Virus record (IMG/VR): IMGVR_UViG_2778261068_000003
Span: 1-43,997 of that record
DNA length: 43,997 nt
Source: a virus
Lineage: Duplodnaviria; Heunggongvirae; Uroviricota; Caudoviricetes
Strand: one strand, 5' to 3'
Positions 8,765 through 17,526 of the stretch are shown here, piece after piece. Within the stretch, counting starts at the first letter, position 1. Each line of letters opens with the position of its first letter. A program made the translations under genes and the position numbers. The notes beneath the pieces were generated by a model. That model had not been told where the DNA came from and made no database searches. It worked only from the letters and a program-made list of their open reading frames with translations.

Positions 8765-9511
8765 GTGAAAAATATTGCGACAGGCGGCGTTCTTGAACGT
8801 ATCCGCAGACTGACCCCGCCACATGTAACCGCTCCATTCAGAACGGTGGCGGAGTGGCGCGAGTGGCAGCTTGCCGAAGGCCAGAAACGTAGCGAGGAGA
8901 TCAACCGCCTGAATCGTCAGTTGCGGGTGGAAAAAATTCTGAATCGCTCAGGCATCCAGCCGTTGCACCGTAAATGCTCGTTTGCGAATTACCAGGTGCA
9001 GAACGACGGCCAGCGATACGCGTTAAGCCAGGCAAAATCCATCGCAGATGAACTGATGACCGGGTGTACAAATTTTGCGTTCAGTGGAAAACCTGGTACC
9101 GGGAAAAACCATCTGGCGGCAGCTATCGGGAACCGACTGCTGAAAGAAGGACAGACAGTGATTGTGGTTACTGTGGCTGATGTCATGAGCGCCCTGCACG
9201 CCAGCTATGACGAAGGACAATCAGGCGAAAAATTTTTGCGGGAACTGTGCGAAGTGGATCTGCTGGTTCTTGATGAAATTGGCATTCAGCGCGAGACGAA
9301 AAATGAGCAGGTGGTGCTGCATCAGATTGTTGATCGCCGGACAGCATCGATGCGCAGCATGGGGATGCTGACAAACCTGAACTATGAGGCCATGAAAACG
9401 TTGCTCGGCGAGCGGATTATGGATCGCATGACCATGAACGGTGGGCGCTGGGTGACGTTTAACTGGGAAAGCTGGCGCCCTAATGTCGTCCAGCCAGGAA
9501 TTACGAAATAA
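8765..9511 (+). CDS. DnaC-like replicative helicase loader (AAA+ ATPase)
   Basis: Co-linear similarity to E. coli DnaC (...NRSGIQPLHRKCSFANYQV...FSGKPGTGKNHLAAAIGN...DLLVLDEIG...MLTNLNYEAM...); GTG start with a G-rich Shine-Dalgarno. Confidence 0.9.
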   Translation: MKNIATGGVLERIRRLTPPHVTAPFRTVAEWREWQLAEGQKRSEEINRLNRQLRVEKILNRSGIQPLHRKCSFANYQVQNDGQRYALSQAKSIADELMTGCTNFAFSGKPGTGKNHLAAAIGNRLLKEGQTVIVVTVADVMSALHASYDEGQSGEKFLRELCEVDLLVLDEIGIQRETKNEQVVLHQIVDRRTASMRSMGMLTNLNYEAMKTLLGERIMDRMTMNGGRWVTFNWESWRPNVVQPGITK

Positions 9512-9532
9512 CTTTACCAGGAGAAAAATTTA

Positions 9533-10294
9533 ATGGAGACCGTTTTTGACGCACTGAAAGCAATGGGAAAAGCCACGTCGGTAGAACTGGCCGCACGACT
9601 TGATGTCAGTCGTGAAGAAGTGCTGAACGAGCTGTGGGAACTGAAAAAGGCTGGCTTCGTTGATAAAAGCGTATACACCTGGCGTGTGGCTGATAACAAC
9701 GTTCAGCAGGAACAGCCAGCGCAGGCGGAACTGCCGGAAGAAACCACCACAGCAACAGTGACGAAAATTTTGGAGAACGATTTAACGGCGATGATTGAAC
9801 AACGCGGACCACAATCGGAGGATGAACTGGCTACGCTGTTCGGTACCACATCCCGCAAAGTGACTTCAACGCTGGCAATGGCAATAAGCAAAGGGCGTCT
9901 GATTCGCGTAAACCAGAGCGGTAAATTCCGTTACTGCCTGCCGGGCGATGATTTACCAGCAGAACCGAAAGCTGCATTGGTAACGAAAAATGATGGTAAA
10001 GCCTTTCCTCAGCCAGCAGGTGTTACGTTACCAGCGTCGGAAGTTGCAATACAGGAAGAAATTAAAACAGAAACTGTGGCGGACATTGTGCAGTCGTTGC
10101 CATCGTTCACCAAAACGCGAGCCGATGGCCTGACTTTACCATCGCTGCATCTGGCAAACCGCGAACTGCGCCGGGCAAAAAACCGTGTCCAGAAGTGGGA
10201 GCGCGTCTGCGCAGCACTGCGGGAGCTGAATAAACACCGGGATATTGTCCGACAGATTGTCGATTCCACCAGTCGCGTTGTATCGGAAAAGTGA
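9533..10294 (+). CDS. hypothetical protein with N-terminal winged-helix-like domain
   Basis: 253 aa; N-terminal ...[29 protein letters not shown]... resembles a wHTH; remainder unassigned. Confidence 0.5.
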   Translation: METVFDALKAMGKATSVELAARLDVSREEVLNELWELKKAGFVDKSVYTWRVADNNVQQEQPAQAELPEETTTATVTKILENDLTAMIEQRGPQSEDELATLFGTTSRKVTSTLAMAISKGRLIRVNQSGKFRYCLPGDDLPAEPKAALVTKNDGKAFPQPAGVTLPASEVAIQEEIKTETVADIVQSLPSFTKTRADGLTLPSLHLANRELRRAKNRVQKWERVCAALRELNKHRDIVRQIVDSTSRVVSEK

Positions 10295-10301
10295 GGCGTT
10301 T

Positions 10302-10718
10302 ATGGGAAACGTTTTTACACCTGAATACAGGGAACAACTGAAGGCGCGTATTGTGGAACTGGTACGCAGAGACGGGAGGAAAACGCGTAAGCAACTGGAA
10401 GATGAAACCGGAGCTACCAGACACCTGATAGAAGTTCTGGCGAAAGAGCTGGTGGTCAGTGGTGCAGTATATGGTTCGGGGCATGGGATATTTCCTTCGG
10501 AGCAGGCGCGTAAGGACTGGATAAAGGCCTGCAAAAAAATGTCGAAAGGTACAGCGAAAAAGAAGAGCGACCCCGACCTGATTTATTCATTGCCGGATGG
10601 TGAAATACGCCGTTACAACAGGCGACAGAACATAATCTGTCGCGAGTGCCGTCAGAGCGAAGCTATGCAGCGTGTGCTGGCTTTCTGGAGGGGCGATTTT
10701 CAGGAGGTGGTGGCGTGA
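10302..10718 (+). CDS. hypothetical phage protein
   Basis: Start at MGNVF with GAGG Shine-Dalgarno; C-terminal Cys/Arg-rich segment; function unknown. Confidence 0.5.
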   Translation: MGNVFTPEYREQLKARIVELVRRDGRKTRKQLEDETGATRHLIEVLAKELVVSGAVYGSGHGIFPSEQARKDWIKACKKMSKGTAKKKSDPDLIYSLPDGEIRRYNRRQNIICRECRQSEAMQRVLAFWRGDFQEVVA

Positions 10719-11020
10719 GGGTGAGAGTTTATATTGCCGGTCCAATGACCGGGTATAAAAATTTCAACCGTGAGGCGTTCCACAAGGCGGAAGAGGAACT
10801 GAAACGGGAAGGGCATACAGTCTTAAACCCGGCAGTACTTCCTGACGGGCTGACACAGCCACACTACATGGATATTTGCATGGCAATGATTCGTTGTGTG
10901 GATGCGATTTACATGCTGAAAGGCTGGCAGCGGTCAGCAGGCGCTAAGGCAGAACTGGCGCTGGCGGGGAAACTGGGGCATGCAGTTATTTTCCAAGAGG
11001 CAAACAGTGAGCAAGATTGA
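10715..11020 (+). CDS. DUF4406-like (nucleoside 2-deoxyribosyltransferase-like fold) protein
   Basis: VYIAGPMTGYKNFNREAFHKAEEELKREGHTVLNP... is characteristic of the family; GTG start overlapping the upstream stop, with GGAGG 7 nt upstream. Confidence 0.55.
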   Translation: MRVRVYIAGPMTGYKNFNREAFHKAEEELKREGHTVLNPAVLPDGLTQPHYMDICMAMIRCVDAIYMLKGWQRSAGAKAELALAGKLGHAVIFQEANSEQD

Positions 11021-11207
11021 CTACCAGGAATTGATAGCGACACTGTGACGCTTAAGGAGGCGACTGATGCGCTACTGCACTGTGCGGAACAGCTTCGCGC
11101 TCCAGAATAATTAAATTTAGCACTGTAAATAAAATTAAATCCTTAACAGGAGGGATTCCTGCACCCTCAAAACATCAGGAGGCCGCCCGAAAGGGCGGTA
11201 ATAAATA

Positions 11208-12038
11208 ATGCAAGAAATCAAAGAAAATATCAGACAACAGCTTTACGGGTTTTATATTGCTTATGATTTGTGGCTGAGTAATGGGGTGAAACCCGGCGGG
11301 GTGTTTTCTCAAAGTTATGGTTTATGCGCTAATCTTTTTGATTATCTCACACTAATTGGTGCCCCCAGCGAAGCGGTACTGGAACAATTACACACGGATT
11401 TCAGAAGTGCCGGGCTGAATGAGGTGTTGCCATTTAACGAGAGTAAAGGACATTACTATGAAGAAAAAGAGAACAATAAGTGCCATATGAATCCGGCGCG
11501 GGCGGCGTGGGTCAGGGCGCAGATGGTGCAGGCAGTGCCGGACGGACTGGTTAAGGCCGTACGCTTCTATGAACAGGTAAAGTGTGAGAATCCGCCAGCT
11601 GAAACCGGAGCATGGAAAGACGCTGTTGACTGGGTACTCAAAGAGGCCTGCCGCGCTGCCATGCTTCATAGTGCCGAACCTGTAAGCCAGGCTTTAAGTG
11701 GCGAGAAGATGAAAAAGAAAGATCGCGATGCTGATTTGCGCTGGATTCATGGCGTAATAGTTCAGGCTGCGTGGTTTGTAAAAGCATCACTGGAGCAGAC
11801 CGCGCTATCGGGCACTCCTCCGGTAACTCAGGATGGTTGGATAAGCTGTAGTGAGCGAATGCCAAATGATGGTCAGCACGTAATTATTTTATGTGATGGC
11901 GCATTCGTTCTTTATGCGCAATATCGGGACGGTGAGTTTTTTGATATTGTCCGCAATGGTGAGGAGTTCTTCGAAACACAGAGCCGCAATGTAACCCACT
12001 GGATGCCACTACCAGAACCGCCGGAGATGAATCGATGA
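11208..12038 (+). CDS. hypothetical protein with C-terminal DUF551-like domain
   Basis: C-terminal ...WISCSERMPNDGQHVIILCDG...VTHWMPLPEPP resembles DUF551, common in lambdoid ninR regions. Confidence 0.55.
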   Translation: MQEIKENIRQQLYGFYIAYDLWLSNGVKPGGVFSQSYGLCANLFDYLTLIGAPSEAVLEQLHTDFRSAGLNEVLPFNESKGHYYEEKENNKCHMNPARAAWVRAQMVQAVPDGLVKAVRFYEQVKCENPPAETGAWKDAVDWVLKEACRAAMLHSAEPVSQALSGEKMKKKDRDADLRWIHGVIVQAAWFVKASLEQTALSGTPPVTQDGWISCSERMPNDGQHVIILCDGAFVLYAQYRDGEFFDIVRNGEEFFETQSRNVTHWMPLPEPPEMNR

Positions 12039-12118
12039 CCTGGCCTGAGGCATTCGCAACAGTAGGTATTGCACTGGCGGTGGCGCTGGTGGTGTATTCG
12101 ATTTGCCGCTGGGGATAA
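12035..12118 (+). CDS. putative small hydrophobic peptide (27 aa)
   Basis: MTWPEAFATVGIALAVALVVYSICRWG; ATG overlaps the upstream TGA (ATGA coupling); single predicted transmembrane helix; below the ORF-track length cutoff. Confidence 0.3.
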   Translation: MTWPEAFATVGIALAVALVVYSICRWG

Positions 12119-12306
12119 AAACGATTTGCGGGAAAAGGACAGTTAAGTAAAATCGCTGCGGGTGCTTGAGGCTATCTGTCTCAGGCATGAACACCAACGG
12201 CAGATAGATAAAAGCCCCACCCGACTATAAATCGAAGTGAGGCCCCTATATGCTCGACACATATAGATTGCCTCTTACGGACCGAAAGGTCAAGGAGAAG
12301 CAGGCT

Positions 12307-12462
12307 ATGAAGCAGCAAAAGGCGATGTTAATCGCCCTGATCGTCATCTGTATTACCGTCGTAGTGACGGCACTGGTAACGAGGAAAGATCTCTGCGAGG
12401 TACGAATCCGTACCGGACAGACGGAGGTCGCTGTCTTCACAGCTTACGAATCTGAGGAGTAA
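12307..12462 (+). CDS. hok: Hok/Gef-family type I toxin
   Basis: MKQQKAMLIALIVICITVVVTALVTRKDLCEVRIRTGQTEVAVFTAYESEE matches the Hok family pattern; AAGGAG Shine-Dalgarno; an in-frame upstream extension (12250) is mok-like; stem-loop directly after the stop. Confidence 0.85.
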   Translation: MKQQKAMLIALIVICITVVVTALVTRKDLCEVRIRTGQTEVAVFTAYESEE

Positions 12463-12532
12463 GAGACCAGGCGGGAGATTACTCTCCCGCCTCCTCTGAT
12501 GTGTCAGGCATCCTCAACGCGCCCGCACCTAA

Positions 12533-12553
12533 CCCGCTTCGGCGGGTTTTTTG
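12533..12553 (+). terminator. Rho-independent terminator of the hok transcript
   Basis: CCCGCTTCGGCGGG hairpin followed by TTTTTT. Confidence 0.7.
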
Positions 12554-12734
12554 TTGTTTATTTTTAGTGGGTTTGATCTTTTTGATTGCGTCATCACGTT
12601 TGCCTGTAAAGGCATCGCGGATGTATTGAACAGATAATGAGCCAACATAGAATCAAAAATTCTTAAGTAGCGCGCAGGGAGAAGATGGATGGATCCCGAA
12701 GGGGAAGATCTATTTATCTGGAAGGATTCTGAAG

Positions 12735-12995
12735 ATGAAAATCGAAGAATTGCGTGAAATTTTTAGTGAAGATGGCCTCTATACTGTGTGCGTTGAGAAT
12801 GGCTCTATTGTCAGCCACTGCCGTATTAAATGTTTACAGTTTCAACAAAGGAAGAGTGGGGCTGCGTTAATTTACTTTGTGGATGGGCTTGTGACAGATG
12901 GTTTTATTTTGCGTGAAAATGAATTTGTCACATCATTGCAGTCTCTGAAAGAAGCTGGGCTTAAGGCTGGTTTTTCTGCTTTTGAAGATGAGTGA
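12735..12995 (+). CDS. hypothetical protein (86 aa)
   Basis: ORF with GAAGGA Shine-Dalgarno; no motif recognised. Confidence 0.45.
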   Translation: MKIEELREIFSEDGLYTVCVENGSIVSHCRIKCLQFQQRKSGAALIYFVDGLVTDGFILRENEFVTSLQSLKEAGLKAGFSAFEDE

Positions 12996-13061
12996 ATTCA
13001 TCTACAATTCAGCACAGGGCTGAACCCCTGTTGAGTAACACTGTGCCACCGGAGAAAGCCG

Positions 13062-13340
13062 ATGGCGCAAAATCCCAGATCACACAATTCTGATAATTCA
13101 GCCGCCTTTGCCAGCAGGCACGGGCGGCGTTCTCATGCATTCAAATCTGACTGGTTCCAGTACGACCCATGCACTGAAGAACAGGCCGAATGGCTGATTC
13201 AGAACTACCGCAGACGTGGGTATGAGTTTAGGAAAGCCCTCAGCCTCGATTATCGTCACTGGATAATCTACGTCAGGCTCCCTTACTTCGAACGGCCACC
13301 GCGTCCGTCCCGCACATTCCAGCAACGGATTTGGAGGTAA
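13062..13340 (+). CDS. hypothetical protein (92 aa)
   Basis: ORF with GGAGAAA Shine-Dalgarno; stop abuts the start of the downstream DUF968-like gene. Confidence 0.45.
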   Translation: MAQNPRSHNSDNSAAFASRHGRRSHAFKSDWFQYDPCTEEQAEWLIQNYRRRGYEFRKALSLDYRHWIIYVRLPYFERPPRPSRTFQQRIWR

Positions 13341-13341
13341 C

Positions 13342-14391
13342 GTGCGGGTATTACTTCGACCTGTTTTGGTACCGGAGCTCGGGCTGGTGGTCCTTAAGCC
13401 TGGCCGTGAATCCATGCAGGTATTTCATAACCCTCGAGTGTTGGTGGAACCGGAACCAAAAAGCATGCGCGGTCTGCCGTCCGGAGTCATTCCTGCCGTT
13501 CGCCAGCCGCTGGCAGAAGATAAATCATTACTGCCATTTTTCAGCGATGAGCGGGCGATTCGTGCTGCTGGCGGCGCTGGCGCATTGTCTGACTGGCTCC
13601 TGCGTCATGTTAAATCCTGCCAGTGGCCTCATGGTGACTATCACCACAGCGAAACCGTCATACATCGTTACGGTACCGGCGCGATGGTGTTGTGCTGGCA
13701 CTGTGACAACCAGCTGCGCGACCAGACTTCAGAATCACTCGGGCAACTTGCTCAACAAAACCTGACAGCCTGGATGATTGACGTCATCCGCCACGCAATA
13801 AACGGTATACAGGAGCGGGAGTTATCGCTGGCTGAATTATCCTGGTGGGCGGTCTGCAATCAGGTAGCGGACGCGCTACCGGAGGCAGTATTACGTCGTT
13901 CTCTGGGGTTACGTGCGGAAAAAATCCGCTCGGTGTACCGCGAAAGCGACATCATACCGGGAGAGCAGACAGCCACCAGCATACTGAAGCAGCGCACAAA
14001 AAATCTTGCGCCGCTGCCTCATGCCCACCAGCAACAAATCCCGCCACGGGAAAAGACGGTGGTAAGCATTGCCGTTGATCCGGAGTCTCCTGAATCTTTC
14101 ATGAAGCGACCTAAACGTCGCCGTTGGGTAAATGAGAAATACACGCGCTGGGTAAAGACACAGCCGTGCGCGTGTTGTGGTAAGCCAGCCGACGATCCCC
14201 ATCACCTGATTGGTCATGGTCAGGGCGGAATGGGAACAAAATCACACGATATTTTCACGCTACCGTTGTGTCGGGAGCATCACAACGAGCTTCATGCGGA
14301 TCCACTGGCGTTCGAAGAAAAGTATGGTCCCCAGGTTGGTTTAATTTTTCGTTTTCTTGATCACGCCTTTGCAACCGGCGTGCTCGGGTAA
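13342..14391 (+). CDS. DUF968-like protein with C-terminal HNH-like Cys/His motif
   Basis: GTG start 6 nt after GGAGGT; C-terminal ...CACCGKPADDPHHLIGHGQGG...LPLCREHHNELHADP...; sits at the NinG-like position upstream of rusA. Confidence 0.65.
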   Translation: MRVLLRPVLVPELGLVVLKPGRESMQVFHNPRVLVEPEPKSMRGLPSGVIPAVRQPLAEDKSLLPFFSDERAIRAAGGAGALSDWLLRHVKSCQWPHGDYHHSETVIHRYGTGAMVLCWHCDNQLRDQTSESLGQLAQQNLTAWMIDVIRHAINGIQERELSLAELSWWAVCNQVADALPEAVLRRSLGLRAEKIRSVYRESDIIPGEQTATSILKQRTKNLAPLPHAHQQQIPPREKTVVSIAVDPESPESFMKRPKRRRWVNEKYTRWVKTQPCACCGKPADDPHHLIGHGQGGMGTKSHDIFTLPLCREHHNELHADPLAFEEKYGPQVGLIFRFLDHAFATGVLG

Positions 14392-14403
14392 AAGAGGTTA
14401 CTG

Positions 14404-14763
14404 ATGCGTATAGAATTTGTTTTGCCTTACCCGCCGTCGGTGAACACCTACTGGCGCCGTCGTGGTGGCGTATATTTTGTATCAAAAGCCGGTGAGCGTT
14501 ATCGTCGGGATGTGGCGTTTATTGTTCGCCAGCAGCAACTGAAATTAAACCTGTCCGGTAGATTGGCAATCAGGATTATTGCAGAGCCACCGGATAAGCG
14601 CCGTCGTGATCTGGACAATATTCTGAAAGCGTCGCTGGATGCGCTGACGCATGCCGGACTGCTCATAGACGATGAGCAGTTTGATGAAATTAATATTGTG
14701 CGCGGTCAGCCCGTTTCTGGTGGGCGACTGGGGATAAAAATCACACAGCTGGGGTGTGCATGA
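14404..14763 (+). CDS. rusA: RusA-family Holliday junction resolvase
   Basis: MRIEFVLPYPPSVNTYWRRRGG...DLDNILKASLDALTHAGLLIDDEQ... is typical of RusA. Confidence 0.9.
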   Translation: MRIEFVLPYPPSVNTYWRRRGGVYFVSKAGERYRRDVAFIVRQQQLKLNLSGRLAIRIIAEPPDKRRRDLDNILKASLDALTHAGLLIDDEQFDEINIVRGQPVSGGRLGIKITQLGCA

Positions 14764-15449
14764 ATAACCAGTATTTACAGTTTGTTCGTGAGCGGCTCAT
14801 TATCGCCACCGCCAATTTGAGTGGAGCAACAAAAGGTCAGCTTGAGGCCTGGCAGGAGAATGCCATATTTGATACAGGGCGTTACAGGCGTAAAAAAATC
14901 CGGTACCGCGATGAAGTGACCGGAAAAATGATCACGCGGGATAATCCACCAATCCCGGGGAAACAATCGCAGGCGAAGGGTACGTCAGTTCCTCTGGTAA
15001 GTCCGGTTGAGTTTTCGACATCATCATGGCGGCGGGCAGTTCTGTCTCTTGAAGAACACCAGAAAGTGTGGTTGCTGTGGTGTTACAGTGGCAGCATTTG
15101 CTGGGAATATCAGATCGCGATAACTCAGTGGGCGTGGAATGAATTTAATGCTCAATCCGGTACCAGAAAAATTGCAGGGAAAACGCAGGAACGCCTGAAA
15201 AAATTAATCTGGCTGGCGGCGCAGGCAGTAAAAGCAGAACTTTGGGGTGGGGAAGGTTATGAATACCAGGAGCTGGCATTGCTGGCGGGGGTGACAACCA
15301 AAAACTGGTCCAAAACATTTACTCGTCACTGGGTTGCAATGAAACACATTTTTCACCAGTTGGATAGTGAGGCTTTATTGTTTGTGATGAGAACACGTTC
15401 AGAACAAAAGGTGGCATTTTCAAAGCAAAGTATTGCAAAAGTAGATTAA
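14760..15449 (+). CDS. putative late antiterminator (Q-like)
   Basis: ATG overlaps the rusA stop; position immediately upstream of a promoter-plus-terminator pair and the lysis genes corresponds to lambdoid Q; family assignment is mainly positional. Confidence 0.55.
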   Translation: MNNQYLQFVRERLIIATANLSGATKGQLEAWQENAIFDTGRYRRKKIRYRDEVTGKMITRDNPPIPGKQSQAKGTSVPLVSPVEFSTSSWRRAVLSLEEHQKVWLLWCYSGSICWEYQIAITQWAWNEFNAQSGTRKIAGKTQERLKKLIWLAAQAVKAELWGGEGYEYQELALLAGVTTKNWSKTFTRHWVAMKHIFHQLDSEALLFVMRTRSEQKVAFSKQSIAKVD

Positions 15450-15461
15450 AAGACATATATT
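15433..15461 (+). promoter_or_regulatory. putative late promoter (pR'-like)
   Basis: TTGCAA, 17-bp spacer, TATATT, directly after the Q-like gene and ~50 nt before a strong terminator. Confidence 0.45.
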
Positions 15462-15511
15462 TCATGCAAATCTGATATCTTGCCGATTTTGTATGTGATG
15501 GCAAAGTGACC

Positions 15512-15540
15512 AAACCCGCTACTGGCGGGTTTTTTGCGCC
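15512..15540 (+). terminator. tR'-like Rho-independent terminator
   Basis: AAACCCGCTACTGGCGGGTTTTTT hairpin with T-run, a short distance downstream of the putative late promoter. Confidence 0.65.
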
Positions 15541-15632
15541 CGAAAAGTGGCACAGGACGTTAAATGCGCTGGTGGTTGCGAATACTGGTCTTTCAGCTTG
15601 CTGGCCTTTTATCCCTGTGAAAACCGGCGGAT

Positions 15633-15843
15633 ATGTTGCGTCAGATAATAGAGGCCAGCAGCCGTCCGGGTGATTTGGTTGCCGACTTTTTTATGGGGTC
15701 AGGCTCCACGATAAAAGCCGCACTTTCACTGGGGGCGTCGTGCAATTGGTGTTGAGCTTGAGGCCGAACGGTTTGAGCAGACGGTGAGGGAAGTGTGTGA
15801 GGTAAACATTCCTGGCCAGTTAGCAGGATTACTTAATCAATAA
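15633..15843 (+). pseudogene. frameshifted 3' remnant of a DNA methyltransferase
   Basis: ...GDLVADFFMGSGSTIKAALSLG... (DPFxGSGTT-like motif) runs into a stop; the adjacent frame continues ...IGVELEAERFEQTVREV... (the IGxE motif); no 5' part of the gene is present. Confidence 0.5.
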
Positions 15844-15890
15844 ATTATGGTGATAAAATGCGTATCCTTTGTAGTGTGGTAGAGGACTGT

Positions 15891-16394
15891 AAAATGATAC
15901 GTTTTAGCGAGCTTCGGGAAAAATATGTTGAAGTTATTTCCGGTCAGGTAAATCTGCGCAAAGATCTTGCAATGCTGGTGAAGCGATTGAAAGTTTCGCT
16001 GGAAGAATCGCTGTTATTGCCGGAACGGCAGTGGGTGGATCCAGCAACAGGGAAAAAGGAAAATTATCTTCGTGTCCTGGTAGAGCGCAATGGTGACACA
16101 AAAGAGTCTGATGGAACGACTAACTCACTGTATTTTGATGAAGAGTTAGGAGTGCCCTGTTTGTTTGCGCTTACTCTGGACAGATCCCCGACATCTTTTC
16201 CGAAAACAATAATGTCAGTAGCGGTTCGCGTATCCCGTGAGCGTGATGGGTACCGGATTGCTGTTAACGGTGTGAGCGGGAAGTATGAGTCAATGGTGCC
16301 GATTGATTTTAATGATAATGATCTGGGCGAAGCCTGTGAGCTCATAAAACAAGTGATTCTTAGTGAATTAAATAACAGTTTTCCTGCCTGTTAA
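15891..16394 (+). CDS. hypothetical protein (167 aa), moron downstream of the late promoter
   Basis: Start at MIRFSELREKY with GAGGA Shine-Dalgarno; no motif recognised; at the position occupied by cargo such as stx in other lambdoid phages. Confidence 0.5.
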   Translation, partial: KMIRFSELREKYVEVISGQVNLRKDLAMLVKRLKVSLEESLLLPERQWVDPATGKKENYLRVLVERNGDTKESDGTTNSLYFDEELGVPCLFALTLDRSPTSFPKTIMSVAVRVSRERDGYRIAVNGVSGKYESMVPIDFNDNDLGEACELIKQVILSELNNSFPAC

Positions 16395-16526
16395 ATAAAA
16401 AAGGGCTGTATTTGCGGCCTTTTTCATATCTGCGCCACGCCCGGCGCACATCACATCAGATAACACCACACAAAAGGCATCCGACGCGGTGCCTTTGATG
16501 GGGTGTTTTTTTACGGGCCGCTGGTG

Positions 16527-17526
16527 ACCCTTTTTTAGATTGATTGTTATGTCTGCGTGAAATACACGCATACACTCAATTTCATTTTTTAACAACACCA
16601 TTCATTGACGCCGTTCCGATCAGGGTTGATATTTATACCTGTTTGATGACGCATGTTGATTACCACCTGTAGTTATTATTGCGATTCAAACGGTGCTGAC
16701 CGTAAGGAAAGCATCCAGAAAAAACGACTGCACACTTTATGGTATGTGCGCAGATTTTGCGTGAAGATTACAGCCACTCTCCTGGGACATCGTCTTCATT
16801 CTGCAACTGTGGCTGGTTGCAGATTACATACCATTTTTTGAGGTGGCACAGTGATGGCGTATTGTCGGTATGTCATGCCGGATGAGATGAAAGCGCAATT
16901 CATTATCACCTGAGGCGATACGTCATCACTCTGCCTCTTTGACTGAATCTGAGGTGAGCCCGCGAGGGGTGGTATCAGGCGTGGTATCACGCATACTGTT
17001 TTTTAGCGGCCAGTATGCCCCGGAATATATCCGGCACCTCGACCTTACTCTCGCGATTGTCTGCTTTTGATATGGTCTGTTTGTATTACCTTTCCGCCAT
17101 TTATATGGCGGTTTTTTTTATGCCGGATATTTACGTCAGTGAATAAAAAAGGGAGCGGGCTATTGGGGAGCCCGCCGGACAAGGTCCATTTATCGGTTCT
17201 GACATTACTGAGCGTGAACGCTGGACTGAAACGCTCAAATATCAGTGGGTCATTAGGAAAGAACTACCTCCCATTGGAGTTCCGGGAGGTGGCTTTTTAA
17301 TATCATGAGAAACTGGCAAAGTAAACATAACTATATGAAAAATATATAGTTTTTAGCTTTTTGCGAACATTTCTGATGTTATCTTCGCCGACTTATTTCA
17401 AAATTACTGTCCGTGATGGTTATCTTTAGAAGATATTTGTTTTGCATATTTTATATTTTGTTGTTTTTTTGCACGACGACAAAGTAACCAAAACTGCCAT
17501 CGGCGGTTTTTTTATATCTGAAAAGA
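16527..17526. repeat. tandem duplicated noncoding module, copy A (~1 kb)
   Basis: Begins AGATTGATTGTTATG, as does copy B at 17527; co-linear with copy B with substitutions and indels; its 3' ~100 bp resembles the pR'/tR' region after Q. Confidence 0.8.
17095..17120 (+). terminator. Rho-independent terminator inside repeat copy A
   Basis: CCGCCATTTATATGGCGG hairpin followed by TTTTTTTT. Confidence 0.6.

Noticed and set aside
13331-13765. 144-aa alternative-frame ORF overlapping the DUF968-like gene
   Set aside because: It is out of frame with the longer ORF that carries the HNH-like motif and has no Shine-Dalgarno; likely spurious.
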